A DNA stretch of 64,000 nt from positions 544,001 through 608,000 of the forward strand of contig CAVZQN010000004.1 in the NCBI GenBank assembly GCA_963777505.1. The letters run 5' to 3'. Shown one piece after another: positions 40,854 through 50,651 of this stretch. The stretch is from an uncultured bacterium. Its GTDB lineage: Bacteria; Acidobacteriota; HRBIN11; JAKEFK01. Every line of letters starts with the position of its first letter. Within the stretch, counting starts at the first letter, position 1. Under the pieces are notes generated by a model, which worked only from the letters and a program-made list of their open reading frames with translations, was not told the DNA's origin and did no database searches. The translations under genes and the position numbers were made by a program.

Positions 40854-41966
40854 ATGTTCATTAAAAAGCTTGCAGTCATTTTTTTGCTTGTTTCTTGTTT
40901 TACAGGATGCAAGCTTGAACATGTTACGTTTGCTGAACGCAAAGAATACATCCGCAAAGCGAAGGTCTGGCATAAAACTGATATTTCGAAAATGAATGTG
41001 CTTGCAGGTCCTCAAAATGGACTTGCATCTGTTCCGGAACAAGAAATTCGATGTACTTATCAAGAACCGCAAGAAGAAATCATAGGATTCAGCCCCAAAT
41101 TCAAATGCAAGTTACCGGATGGTCAGATTGTTCGAGTTAAATATAGTAGCCGGGAAACGCTGTCAGAAATTGCGGGCACACGCCTTCTATGGGCACTTGG
41201 GTTTTACGCAGATGAAGTCTATCCAGTAAAATTAAGATGCGTGGCGTGCCCTTCAAAAAATCTCGCCAAACCATCGAAGGACGAACCCCGTGTTGAAAAG
41301 CTGATCGAAGGCGCCATCATAGAACGCAATTTCCGCGGCAAAGAGATCGCGATATATTCTGATCAAGGATTTAAATGGGAAGAGCTTGATCAAATCGATC
41401 CAAAATTCGGTGGTTCAACAAAAGCTGAAACTGAAGCGTTAAAGTTGCTGGCAGTTTTTATACAACATACCGATAACAAAGCTTCACAACAGAGACTTGG
41501 TTGTTATGACGAAGATATTGAAACAAAACGATTCGGTGAGCTTTGCAAAAAACCTTTGATAATGATTCAGGATTTAGGTGCAACTTTTGGTCAGAGTTCT
41601 AACGAAGTAAGATCTTCAGCTTCGATGTATCTTCGCGGGTGGAAAAGTCAGCCTGTATGGAACCTGGCAAAAGAAGACGCCCATCTTAAAAAGACCGGTC
41701 GTAAGATCTGCATCGGATATCTTGAGCCAGCAATTGGTGGTGAATTGTTCGATCCAGAAATTTCGGAAGAAGGGAGACAATTTCTTGCAAATCTATTGAA
41801 TCAGCTGACTGATAAACAAATTGATGATATTTTTCGAGTTGCGCGAGCTGAAAGAACCGATGAAAGAATCGTTGAAAATGATCAAGAGATGCCGGTTCGT
41901 GTGCAGGACTGGGTTGAAGTATTCAAAATGAAACGTCAGGAAATTAACGACCACAAGTGTAATTAG
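40854..41966 (+). CDS. Hypothetical lipoprotein with putative atypical kinase fold
   Basis: Lipobox-like FTGC; GFSPKF, VKY, SEIA, HTDNKASQ and QDLG in kinase-motif order. Confidence 0.7.
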   Translation: MFIKKLAVIFLLVSCFTGCKLEHVTFAERKEYIRKAKVWHKTDISKMNVLAGPQNGLASVPEQEIRCTYQEPQEEIIGFSPKFKCKLPDGQIVRVKYSSRETLSEIAGTRLLWALGFYADEVYPVKLRCVACPSKNLAKPSKDEPRVEKLIEGAIIERNFRGKEIAIYSDQGFKWEELDQIDPKFGGSTKAETEALKLLAVFIQHTDNKASQQRLGCYDEDIETKRFGELCKKPLIMIQDLGATFGQSSNEVRSSASMYLRGWKSQPVWNLAKEDAHLKKTGRKICIGYLEPAIGGELFDPEISEEGRQFLANLLNQLTDKQIDDIFRVARAERTDERIVENDQEMPVRVQDWVEVFKMKRQEINDHKCN

Positions 41967-42035
41967 TAGGGGGCCCTGTGGTCGCCCATGTGTTCTATGA
42001 ACCGAATTCGCAGGGCGCCACAAGGGCCGCCCTAC
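41966..42035. repeat. GTAG-type REP doublet
   Basis: GTAGGGGGCCCTGTGGTCGCCC ... GGGCGCCACAAGGGCCGCCCTAC as an inverted pair. A further REP-like unit lies at 42061-42082. Confidence 0.72.
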
Positions 42036-42089
42036 CTTGCTTCGTGGTAAAACATTTTCAGGAGCCGGCGAGTCGCCCGCATTAGACTA

Positions 42090-43235
42090 ATGATGCATCC
42101 ACCCCGCGGAAAAAAGATTTTTTTCGTGACTGTAACTTTGATCTTAGGAATTCTTGCAGGCTTTGGAATCGGCGAAATAATTTTACGATTTGCGGGGCCT
42201 CCCTGGTTAAAATCGTATATGCGTAGAACCAATCTCGAAGGAGTTCTCGCATATGGTTCTGATTCCGGATGGCCAATTGAAACGAAAAATGGAAAATTCA
42301 CTCAATTCAAACCTTCGCAAGAATTTCCTGTTGATTATTACGAATACAAGACTGTCATTCATACAGATCGCCTGGGTGGCCGCGTAGTTCCAGTCTCAGA
42401 AAAAAAACATGGAATTCTTTTACCCGTCCTTGGCGACTCTTTTGCTTTTGGTCTTGGCGTAAATGATGAAGAGACTTTCATTAACTTGCTAAAGCCAAAA
42501 TCAGGCTATGTTTTGATCAATCTTGGCGTACCCGGAAGCTGTCTTCCAAATCATCTCGATATTGTCGAAGACCGGCACAAAGTACTCGGATCACCCTCGC
42601 TATATCTCTTTGTTTTTTTTCTCGGAAATGACTTTATAGACATGATGAAGTATTATGAAAACCTTGAACATCATGGTGAGGGGGATGAGGAAAGAAATAG
42701 TCTGATCCAGCGTTCCTATGTCGCACAATTCATCACACATTTGATTTCAAAAGATTCGGAAGATCAAAAGGGGAAGGGTCGTAAAACTCGAATGTTTCGT
42801 ACACCTGGCGGGCAGCGTCTTGGAAGTTCGATTTACCTTTTGATGAGCGGCAGTCGAACCTACCGGACCGAAGCTTCAAAAGTTCTGGAACGTACATTGG
42901 ACCGCCTTGATACGTTGTCGAAAAAATTGCAATTTCAATCTGTATTCATCGTAATTCCAGAGAAACATCAAACAGAGTTGGGCCGGTTTGAAAAGCAGGC
43001 GGCGACTTATAAACTTGCACCAACAGAACTAGATCGACACCTGCCAAATCGCATTCTTGAAGGCAGCCTGGACAAACATTCAATTCCATATGTTGATGTC
43101 ACAACATGTCTTGAAGGCCAGAGCGGCATGTATTACAAGATTGATGACCATTTTACTGCAGCCGGAAATCAAACCGTAGCCAGGTGCATCAATCAAGATT
43201 CAAAATGGGAAAAAGTTGGGATCAGCAATCCATGA
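42090..43235 (+). CDS. Membrane-anchored SGNH/GDSL hydrolase-like protein (SxtL/AlgJ-like)
   Basis: LGDSFAFG, INLGVPG, GND, DDHF; N-terminal TM. Confidence 0.85.
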   Translation: MMHPPRGKKIFFVTVTLILGILAGFGIGEIILRFAGPPWLKSYMRRTNLEGVLAYGSDSGWPIETKNGKFTQFKPSQEFPVDYYEYKTVIHTDRLGGRVVPVSEKKHGILLPVLGDSFAFGLGVNDEETFINLLKPKSGYVLINLGVPGSCLPNHLDIVEDRHKVLGSPSLYLFVFFLGNDFIDMMKYYENLEHHGEGDEERNSLIQRSYVAQFITHLISKDSEDQKGKGRKTRMFRTPGGQRLGSSIYLLMSGSRTYRTEASKVLERTLDRLDTLSKKLQFQSVFIVIPEKHQTELGRFEKQAATYKLAPTELDRHLPNRILEGSLDKHSIPYVDVTTCLEGQSGMYYKIDDHFTAAGNQTVARCINQDSKWEKVGISNP

Positions 43236-43453
43236 AAAAACTTTGGGAACATTGGAAGCGAATCGCTAAAAAGATTGGAAATTTTAATGCACGCGTTCTC
43301 ATGACGATTTTTTATTTTCTATTCTTTAGTTGGCTTTCAATTCCTGTAAAAGTAAAAGATCCGCTTACGATTCGGGGAAAAGGGAAAGCGGGCTGGACTC
43401 CCAGACCTACCGAAGAAGGCACGCCCATGGAACAAGCCGTCAGGCAGTTCTGA
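43232..43453 (+). CDS. Small SxtJ-like membrane protein
   Basis: WKRIAKKIGNFNARVLMTIFYF...KDPL...RQF; ATGA overlap with the upstream stop. Confidence 0.75.
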   Translation: MKKLWEHWKRIAKKIGNFNARVLMTIFYFLFFSWLSIPVKVKDPLTIRGKGKAGWTPRPTEEGTPMEQAVRQF

Positions 43454-43455
43454 TC

Positions 43456-45237
43456 ATGAATATCCTTGGAATTTCTTGCTACTTCCATGATGCTGCTGCC
43501 GCGTTAATTCAAGACGGTCATGTGATTGCCGCAGCAGAAGAGGAACGGTTTACCCGAAAAAAACATGATTATGAATTTCCCATTCAAGCCATCCGATTTT
43601 GTCTGAAAAATTCCGGAATCGAAGCAGACGATCTTGATTATGTCGCCTTCTTTGAAAAGCCTTTCGTAAAATTCGAACGTCTTTTGCTTACTTGTCTGCA
43701 GACATTTCCAAAATCATATGCAGTATTCCGCGAAGCCATGGTGACCTGGCTTGCTGACAAATTATGGGTCAAGCATTTAATTCAAAAAGAACTGGGTGTA
43801 CCTGAATCTAAAATCCTTTTTGGTGAGCATCATTTATCCCATGCAGCCAGCGCCTTCTATTGTTCACCCTATGATAAGGCGGCGATTCTGACTGTGGATG
43901 GTGTCGGTGAATGGACGACTGCCAGCATTGGCATTGGATCAGGAACAACGCTCCGGCTTCTCAAAGAAATCAGGTTCCCACATTCCCTTGGTTTGCTTTA
44001 CAGCGCGTTTACGGCTTTTCTTGGCTTTGAAGTGAATGAAGGCGAATACAAAGTTATGGGAATGGCGCCATTCGGTGTGCCGCGGTATGTGGATAAAGTT
44101 CATAAGTTGATTCACTTGAACAGTGATGGCAGTTTTGAACTGAATATGGAATATTTTTCATTCCACTATTCGCGAAAAGATACATTCAATAAAAAATTCG
44201 TTGATCTTTTCGGAAAACCGAGAGATCCCAAGAGTCATTTCTTCACAACATCAACAGGTTATCCATCATACTTTGGAGAAAAGCCACAGGATTTTGAAGC
44301 GCTTGGAAAAGAAAATCAACATTATGCAGATATTGCCGCAAGCATCCAGGCCGTAATTGAAGAAGCATTAATCAAATTAGCAAATGCAGCCTTTCAAGAA
44401 ACAGGTGAAACGAAACTGTGTATGGCAGGAGGAGTTGCATTAAACAGCGTTGCAAATGCAAAGATCCTGAAGGAAACGCCATTTGATGAAATATATATAC
44501 AGCCTGCAGCGGGTGATGGTGGTTGTGCAATCGGTGCGGCATTGTACGCGTACCATCACGTTCTGGGAAAGCCTCGCGGCTACATCATGGAACACGCTTA
44601 CTATGGTCAGGAATATGCAAATGGAGCCATTTCATCTTTCTTGAATGAAAATGGAATTCCAAACGAACGCTATGAAGATGAGGATAAATTAATTTCACGT
44701 GTCGTAGATGAAATTCAGAATGGAAAGGTAATTGGTTGGTTCCAGGGAAAATTTGAATGGGGTCCTAGAGCGCTTGGAAATCGAAGCATTCTTGCGGACC
44801 CGCGAAGGACCGATATGAAAGATCTTGTGAACGTAAAAATAAAATTTCGTGAGCCTTTCCGTCCGTTCGCACCATCAGTTCCTGCAGAAGATGCGTCTAA
44901 ATATTTCGACCTGCCGTCGGCTGAAACGCACTATCCAGCGAGATTCATGCTCTATGTCGTGGATGTCCTTCCAGAAAAACAATCAGTCCTGCCGGCGATT
45001 ACTCATGTAGATGGAACAGGCAGGCTGCAGACTGTGAGGAAGGAGTATAACCCCAAGTATCACAAGCTGATACAAACATTTGGGGAGGCAACTGGCGTTC
45101 CGGTAGTTCTAAATACCTCGTTTAATCTAAAAGGTGAGCCTATAGTAAATACACCGGCGGAAGCCTTCCAGACATTCAGCCGAAGTGGAATGGATTACTT
45201 AGTATTGGGTCAGTATATAATTAAGAAAATCGAATGA
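43456..45237 (+). CDS. Carbamoyltransferase, NodU/CmcH (SxtI-like) family
   Basis: GISCYFHDAAA, EEERFTRKKH, HHLSHAASAF, DGVGE, EWGPRALGNRS, KFREPFRPFAP, NTSFN. Confidence 0.95.
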   Translation: MNILGISCYFHDAAAALIQDGHVIAAAEEERFTRKKHDYEFPIQAIRFCLKNSGIEADDLDYVAFFEKPFVKFERLLLTCLQTFPKSYAVFREAMVTWLADKLWVKHLIQKELGVPESKILFGEHHLSHAASAFYCSPYDKAAILTVDGVGEWTTASIGIGSGTTLRLLKEIRFPHSLGLLYSAFTAFLGFEVNEGEYKVMGMAPFGVPRYVDKVHKLIHLNSDGSFELNMEYFSFHYSRKDTFNKKFVDLFGKPRDPKSHFFTTSTGYPSYFGEKPQDFEALGKENQHYADIAASIQAVIEEALIKLANAAFQETGETKLCMAGGVALNSVANAKILKETPFDEIYIQPAAGDGGCAIGAALYAYHHVLGKPRGYIMEHAYYGQEYANGAISSFLNENGIPNERYEDEDKLISRVVDEIQNGKVIGWFQGKFEWGPRALGNRSILADPRRTDMKDLVNVKIKFREPFRPFAPSVPAEDASKYFDLPSAETHYPARFMLYVVDVLPEKQSVLPAITHVDGTGRLQTVRKEYNPKYHKLIQTFGEATGVPVVLNTSFNLKGEPIVNTPAEAFQTFSRSGMDYLVLGQYIIKKIE

Positions 45238-45238
45238 T

Positions 45239-45418
45239 ATGAAACTAAAACAAAGTCTTGCAGTGCGTTTTGGAATTCTTGGGGAACTTTTGTCATTCTT
45301 TTGGAATCACAAATGGTGGTGGCTTACCCCGATGATTCTTGTTCTTTTGGTGCTGGGCTTGTTTATGGTTTTTGCTTCAAGTTCTCCGATTGCACCATTT
45401 ATTTATACGCTATTCTGA
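45239..45418 (+). CDS. DUF5989/SxtK-like small membrane protein (59 aa; absent from the ORF track)
   Basis: MKLKQSLAVRFGILGELLSFFWNHKWWWLTPMILVLLVLGLFMVFASSSPIAPFIYTLF, ending in the characteristic APFIYTLF. Confidence 0.88.
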   Translation: MKLKQSLAVRFGILGELLSFFWNHKWWWLTPMILVLLVLGLFMVFASSSPIAPFIYTLF

Positions 45419-45494
45419 TAAATTAGTGCGCGAGCTAAGCGTCAGACAAGTCTTCGCATGATGCCGTATAAGGCGGCATGCGAATGGACGGTGC

Positions 45495-47633
45495 ATGGCG
45501 CGTTTAAAAATAGGGGTAGTTGCAGCAATCGCAATCGGTGTAGTCGTTGCGCCACTATTCCTTTCAGCCTTCATTCTAAGAAAAACTGCCGATCTTCATG
45601 GCGTTACTGTCACATCCGGACAGAGCAGCTGGAAATTTGAAGATTTAAACTCCGCTCTGACTTTTGCGGCTTCGCACGATGTAATCACAAATGCACGCAT
45701 TGCTGCATACGTGATGCTATCTGAAAATCCAAAACGTTTGTTTGTGCTTCGAGGTGTTGGTAAGTGCAAGTTCTTCATCGATCGTCATATGGTGATGAAC
45801 AAAATCACCCTGACTAGAACGTCGCAGGTTGTTTCGATTTCTTCCGGTTTACACGAGCTCAGCTTTGCTTACAGAAGAAATGAAAAAAGTGGTCCATTGG
45901 AGTTGTTCGAAAGTACTAATTTCGTTACTGCACATGTCTTTGATCGCCACAAATGCTATTTGGATTCTGTTAATGAGCAAACGATACGCGGCGAAAAAAC
46001 TGGCATTTTGTTACGCCAGATCGGAAGATTCAATGCTTTGATCATTCCACTTTTATTGATCGCAATCTCGGCGCTTCCTCTTAATAAAATCAGGACGCAT
46101 TTGTCCGAACGAAGGAACATGGTCGTCTTGTTGATTCTTGTTTCGCTGGCAGCACTCCGTTTTTATGGATTTAGTTATCAAATGCCTGAAGGGGTACATC
46201 CGGATGAGCGGATGATTGAAGGAATGGTGCGTGATGTCCATACGTATGGATTAGATCCACAACAATTCTGGTATACAACCGGCTTTATCTACGTAACAGC
46301 GGCTCTGGGTGAGCTATTCAGGTGGGTTATGGGTTATGGCCCGATGGAACATTCCATGCAAAGGCTTGTCAGTTGTCTTGCGTCAGCTTTTTCTTGTTTG
46401 TTCGTTTATTTGATTGCACTTCGGTTTTTCAATCGCCAGATTGCAACGATTTCAATGGTTGTATTTGGAATGCTTTTCATGCCTGTTTATCTTGCACATT
46501 TTGGAATTATCGAACCCTTCATGGTGCTTCTTTTTCTTGCGGCGTTTTATACGACACTTCAAGTGCATGATTCTCCTTCGTTTCTTTCGTTCGCAAAAGC
46601 TGGATTGCTTGCAGGGCTGGCGGTAGCAACTAAGCAAACCGCAGCATTGATCGTCGTACCTTTTGTAATCGTTTGGATTCATCTGGCTGCCACAAAAAAA
46701 ATTCAGCAAAACGGAATCAAGCAATTGGCGGTTTATGGAGTCGCTTTTGCTGCAGGAATTTTTATTCTTGCTCCATACGCAATTTTAGATTTTTCTAGAT
46801 TCATGGAATTTCAGAGCCGGCAAATGGAAAATCTAAGCGGCCTTTCAAGAAAGCGATTGTACTTTGCTGGTAATGAATCTTTCGCAAGTTATGGAATATT
46901 GCTTGACAACGTACTTGATGGTGTAGGGTTCCCAATTTTGCTTGCGAGTATAGTGGGTTTGTTTCTGGCTTTTAAGAAAGCGAAGTTTGCTGGTGTGTTA
47001 ATCGGCAGCGTAGTCCTAGCCTATATCATCGTATCAGGAAGTATCGCAACGATGCCTTATCATTACGCTTTGCTGCTTTGTCCGTTCATAGCAATTCTTG
47101 CATCGTTTGCAATATCGTTCATGAGCCGATGGAAATTCTTTTCAGGTTGGCGTATCGTTTTGCCGATGTTTCTGCTCCTTGCCATTCCGGCGTATCACAT
47201 TTTTAGTTTAGAAAGAGCACTGAGCGGAATTGATACACGAAGACAGGCAGAAGATTGGTGCTATCAGAATTTACCTGGCAGTTCGAGAATCGATTTCGAA
47301 ACATTTGGACCACGATTTTTAATACCTAGCTTTGAATCACTTGCAGTTCCGATGTTTACAAGACAAAGATGGCAGAGACATATTCACTTTCGAAACCCGC
47401 AATACTACATCGAAGATTCAATTACTTCTGAAACCTTCTTAAATGGAGGTCCGGAAAAATTCCCACGTCAAAATGAATGGCTCAAATGGATTCATCAAAA
47501 TGGTGTGAAGGTGGCACAATTTAATTCAATCTCGCTCGGAATTCTAAATCCAACGATCACCGTTTACCGCATTCCCCTGGAAAAATCCTCCCAGGTCGAA
47601 GAAAAGAATAAGAACCTCGTCTCAATACCTTAG
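45495..47633 (+). CDS. GT-C fold (ArnT/PMT-like) glycosyltransferase
   Basis: HPDE loop, GLAVATK and DTR motifs, many TM helices; soluble N-terminal PA14-like region. Confidence 0.8.
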   Translation: MARLKIGVVAAIAIGVVVAPLFLSAFILRKTADLHGVTVTSGQSSWKFEDLNSALTFAASHDVITNARIAAYVMLSENPKRLFVLRGVGKCKFFIDRHMVMNKITLTRTSQVVSISSGLHELSFAYRRNEKSGPLELFESTNFVTAHVFDRHKCYLDSVNEQTIRGEKTGILLRQIGRFNALIIPLLLIAISALPLNKIRTHLSERRNMVVLLILVSLAALRFYGFSYQMPEGVHPDERMIEGMVRDVHTYGLDPQQFWYTTGFIYVTAALGELFRWVMGYGPMEHSMQRLVSCLASAFSCLFVYLIALRFFNRQIATISMVVFGMLFMPVYLAHFGIIEPFMVLLFLAAFYTTLQVHDSPSFLSFAKAGLLAGLAVATKQTAALIVVPFVIVWIHLAATKKIQQNGIKQLAVYGVAFAAGIFILAPYAILDFSRFMEFQSRQMENLSGLSRKRLYFAGNESFASYGILLDNVLDGVGFPILLASIVGLFLAFKKAKFAGVLIGSVVLAYIIVSGSIATMPYHYALLLCPFIAILASFAISFMSRWKFFSGWRIVLPMFLLLAIPAYHIFSLERALSGIDTRRQAEDWCYQNLPGSSRIDFETFGPRFLIPSFESLAVPMFTRQRWQRHIHFRNPQYYIEDSITSETFLNGGPEKFPRQNEWLKWIHQNGVKVAQFNSISLGILNPTITVYRIPLEKSSQVEEKNKNLVSIP

Positions 47634-47665
47634 TCCCTCTCTGAGCCTCTGCGGTTAATCCTAAA

Positions 47666-49402
47666 ATGCCGGCAGATGCTACAATAGAATCACTTTCTGC
47701 AAAAGGAAGGGGGTATGGGGACTTGGAAGATTCATTTGTAGGAAAACAAATTCGTGAATACGAAATTCTGAGTGTTATCGGTAAAGGGGGAATGGGCGCG
47801 GTTTACCGGGCAAGACATATATATCTTGATGAAGAACGCGCAATTAAAGTAATTCGCCCCCAATTTTCAGCAAGCCGTGATTATCTCGACCGTTTTATTC
47901 GCGAAGCCAGAATCTTAACGCGAATGCGTCACCCCAATCTTGTGTTGCTTTATGAATTCGGAACACTTGAGAAAAATATTTTCTTCATGGTCCTTGAACT
48001 AATCAATGGTGAGAGTGTTCTCGCAAGAATCAAACGCAATGGCCGAATTCCAATTGACGAAACCGTTCGGATTATTCGAGCAGCTGCTCTCGGCCTTCAT
48101 GCGGCACATCAGCAAGGAATTATTCATCGCGACATTTCACCAGACAATCTGTTGATTGTTAAACAGGAAGGAACCGATCGAGAACTCACAAAAGTCATTG
48201 ACTTCGGGATTGCAAAACCCCAAATGGAAGGCGCTTTTACACGATCGAACCTTTATATTGGCAAACCCGAATATGGAAGTCCTGAAAGAATCGGAGTCGA
48301 AGGCGTCTCCGTCGATCATAGAGCTGATGTCTATTCGCTAGGCGTCACAATGTATTTCATGGTCACAGGTGTTTTGCCATTTCAGGGAAAGACACCATGG
48401 GAAATTATGTCGAAACATCTTGCAGAAATGCCGGCTCCCGTATCATCACACTTCGCTCAGGAGAAGTTTCCGGAAACGCTCAATCGATTTATTTTGAAAG
48501 CAATGGCAAAACTTCCTGCGGACCGACATCCGTCAATGCAGGAATTTGTTGAAGAACTCGATCAGATCATTTCACCCGGAGAAGATCGAAAACAAGATCA
48601 AGACACTTTTCTTGAAGAAACAGGACATGAACTTCGTACACGATTGAATGCGATTATCGGCTATAGCGAAATACTTGAGGAAGATGCAATAGATCAAGGT
48701 CATAACAGCTACATCCGCGATTTGAGAAAAATACATGCTGCAGGAAAACATCTGCTCTGGTTAATTGGTGGATCTGATTCCAATGAAGAAGTAAAAGTTG
48801 TAACGAAAAGTTCCTTTGATAAAGGGAAAGAATTTTATGATCAGATGAAATGGGAAGATGCAATTCATATGTGGAAACAAGCGATGCATCAAAGCAATCC
48901 GGATGCTTCGCTTGAACAATGGATCGCTGCAGCAGAAACGCGCCTCAATTCAGAAAAGCAAATCCGGGAACAATTACACAATCTCTTTGAACGCTGTGAA
49001 AAGTTATTGGAAGGCCAAAAGCTTCTTGAAGCAAAGGCTGTGCTTGAAGATGCAGATCGGAGCTGTTCCGGGAATTACAAAATTGCTGACTTACGAAAAC
49101 AGTTGGATTCACTTCGAAAAAGATTGGATCGCGAGATAGAGAAAGTACTTATAGAGTCGGGTTATAAACAAATTTTGTCACGTCAGCTTGAAAAAACAAT
49201 TTCGCTCATGCAGGAGAATTTACCGGAACTGAAGAAAACGTTGATGATATTTCAACCCAGCTCCAACGCCAATGAAGCGCAAAATTCCGTTGAAAAAACT
49301 GTGTTTATCGAGGGTATTGCTGCAGACGGTAGGAATCCAGACGTCGAGGATAAGCGACTTCAATCGCCCAAAACCTCAAGACGTAAAACGAAGCAAACCT
49401 AG
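47666..49402 (+). CDS. Ser/Thr protein kinase fused to a HisKA dimerisation/phospho-acceptor domain and a helical/TPR-like region
   Basis: IGKGGMGAVY, HRDISPDN, DFG, YGSPE; then GHELRTRLNAIIGYSEILEE. The true start may be slightly downstream. Confidence 0.88.
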   Translation: MPADATIESLSAKGRGYGDLEDSFVGKQIREYEILSVIGKGGMGAVYRARHIYLDEERAIKVIRPQFSASRDYLDRFIREARILTRMRHPNLVLLYEFGTLEKNIFFMVLELINGESVLARIKRNGRIPIDETVRIIRAAALGLHAAHQQGIIHRDISPDNLLIVKQEGTDRELTKVIDFGIAKPQMEGAFTRSNLYIGKPEYGSPERIGVEGVSVDHRADVYSLGVTMYFMVTGVLPFQGKTPWEIMSKHLAEMPAPVSSHFAQEKFPETLNRFILKAMAKLPADRHPSMQEFVEELDQIISPGEDRKQDQDTFLEETGHELRTRLNAIIGYSEILEEDAIDQGHNSYIRDLRKIHAAGKHLLWLIGGSDSNEEVKVVTKSSFDKGKEFYDQMKWEDAIHMWKQAMHQSNPDASLEQWIAAAETRLNSEKQIREQLHNLFERCEKLLEGQKLLEAKAVLEDADRSCSGNYKIADLRKQLDSLRKRLDREIEKVLIESGYKQILSRQLEKTISLMQENLPELKKTLMIFQPSSNANEAQNSVEKTVFIEGIAADGRNPDVEDKRLQSPKTSRRKTKQT

Positions 49403-49411
49403 AACGGGTTA

Positions 49412-49624
49412 TCAGGCGATCCTTAAGTCCTGTTTTCCGCTTTCCCTGAGGGACTTTTGTTCCTCGAGACTTTTAACACGAAAGCTCCACATTAATCGCG
49501 CCGTTTCCTGTTCCCAGCGACGAGAATTTTGAAACGCCTCTTTCGCTTTCATAAGAATATCGGAAAGCTGTTCAGGTGAAAGTACCTGATACCATTCTTT
49601 GGTCCATTCTTTCATTATCATCAT
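49412..49624 (-). CDS. Small hypothetical protein
   Basis: GGGGAGG RBS; 70-aa helical ORF filling the gap. Confidence 0.6.
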   Translation of the reverse strand: MMIMKEWTKEWYQVLSPEQLSDILMKAKEAFQNSRRWEQETARLMWSFRVKSLEEQKSLRESGKQDLRIA

Positions 49625-49819
49625 CAGTCCTCCCCAGCAAAATACTCTGCTGGCCTACTCTGTCGAACCTGCCTTATTTATCGGTCTATGTTCGGTCAGA
49701 GTTTCTCCCCTCTGCAAAACATTTGGTTTTTTAAACTCCACTAAAAAATATATCCTTTAAAAATTCTTTTCAAGGATAATTTATAAAGCCTGACTTCTCA
49801 GTGAGTTCGGAGCAGGATT

Positions 49820-50638
49820 TTATTTTGCAATATTGATTCTTCTTGAAACGACAGGATGTCCCAGGAAAATTTCCGCCAGTCTATCGAATCCGCGAGTTTG
49901 ATCCGTTGTAAGGAATAGTTGTGAACTATTTCTTGATAATTCACTTTCGATTTCCGGATGGCGTTTAAGATAATCTTTCAAACTGGGAACGACAATGTTT
50001 GCCTGAAGAATAATATTGATTGAGGCAGGAACAACGGCACGAATTGAATCCAGCAGGAGTGGATAATGAGTGCATGCAAGCAGGAGAGTGTCGATATTAT
50101 GTGATTGCATAGCGGTTTCTTTCCAGTACTTCTGCACAAAAAAATTCACACCTTCTCCCGAAAGTTCTCCTGCCTCCACTAACGGAACCAGAAGAGGGCA
50201 GGCTTGTTGAATCAATCGAACATCAGGGAAAAACTTTTGCATTTCAATTTGAAAGCTCATCGATTTTACAGTCCCTTCAGTTCCCCATAGTGCAACTGTT
50301 CGAGTTTTCGAAAAGCGTCCAATTTCTTCAACTGATGGGCGGATAATACCGAGAACGCGACAATCCGGATACGTTTTTGGTAAAAAAAGTTGCTGAATAG
50401 TTCGCAGCGCTTTTGCAGAAGCCGTATTGCAGGCAATAATAATCAACTTGCAGTCTTGCTGAAAAAGAAAATCAACTCCTTCCGTTGTGAATTTCAAAAT
50501 CGCTTCGAAAGACCTGTTCCCGTACGGGGTGCGGGCATTGTCTCCAAGGTAAATGTAATCGTACTGGGGAAGGGACTCGCGAATCTTTCGATAGATTGTC
50601 AGGCCGCCAAATCCTGAGTCGAAAATTCCAATTTTCAT
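49820..50638 (-). CDS. murI: Glutamate racemase
   Basis: IFDSGFGGLT, PYG, IACNTASA, LACTHYP. Confidence 0.95.
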   Translation of the reverse strand: MKIGIFDSGFGGLTIYRKIRESLPQYDYIYLGDNARTPYGNRSFEAILKFTTEGVDFLFQQDCKLIIIACNTASAKALRTIQQLFLPKTYPDCRVLGIIRPSVEEIGRFSKTRTVALWGTEGTVKSMSFQIEMQKFFPDVRLIQQACPLLVPLVEAGELSGEGVNFFVQKYWKETAMQSHNIDTLLLACTHYPLLLDSIRAVVPASINIILQANIVVPSLKDYLKRHPEIESELSRNSSQLFLTTDQTRGFDRLAEIFLGHPVVSRRINIAK

Positions 50639-50651
50639 GTCGAGATCTAAT

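Noticed and set aside
43330-43455. N-terminal extension of the carbamoyltransferase in the ORF track
   Set aside because: It overlaps the SxtJ-like gene; the family start is MNILGIS at 43456.
42090-45418. Saxitoxin biosynthetic cluster
   Set aside because: Only sxtI/J/K/L-like genes are present; core genes such as sxtA and sxtG are absent.
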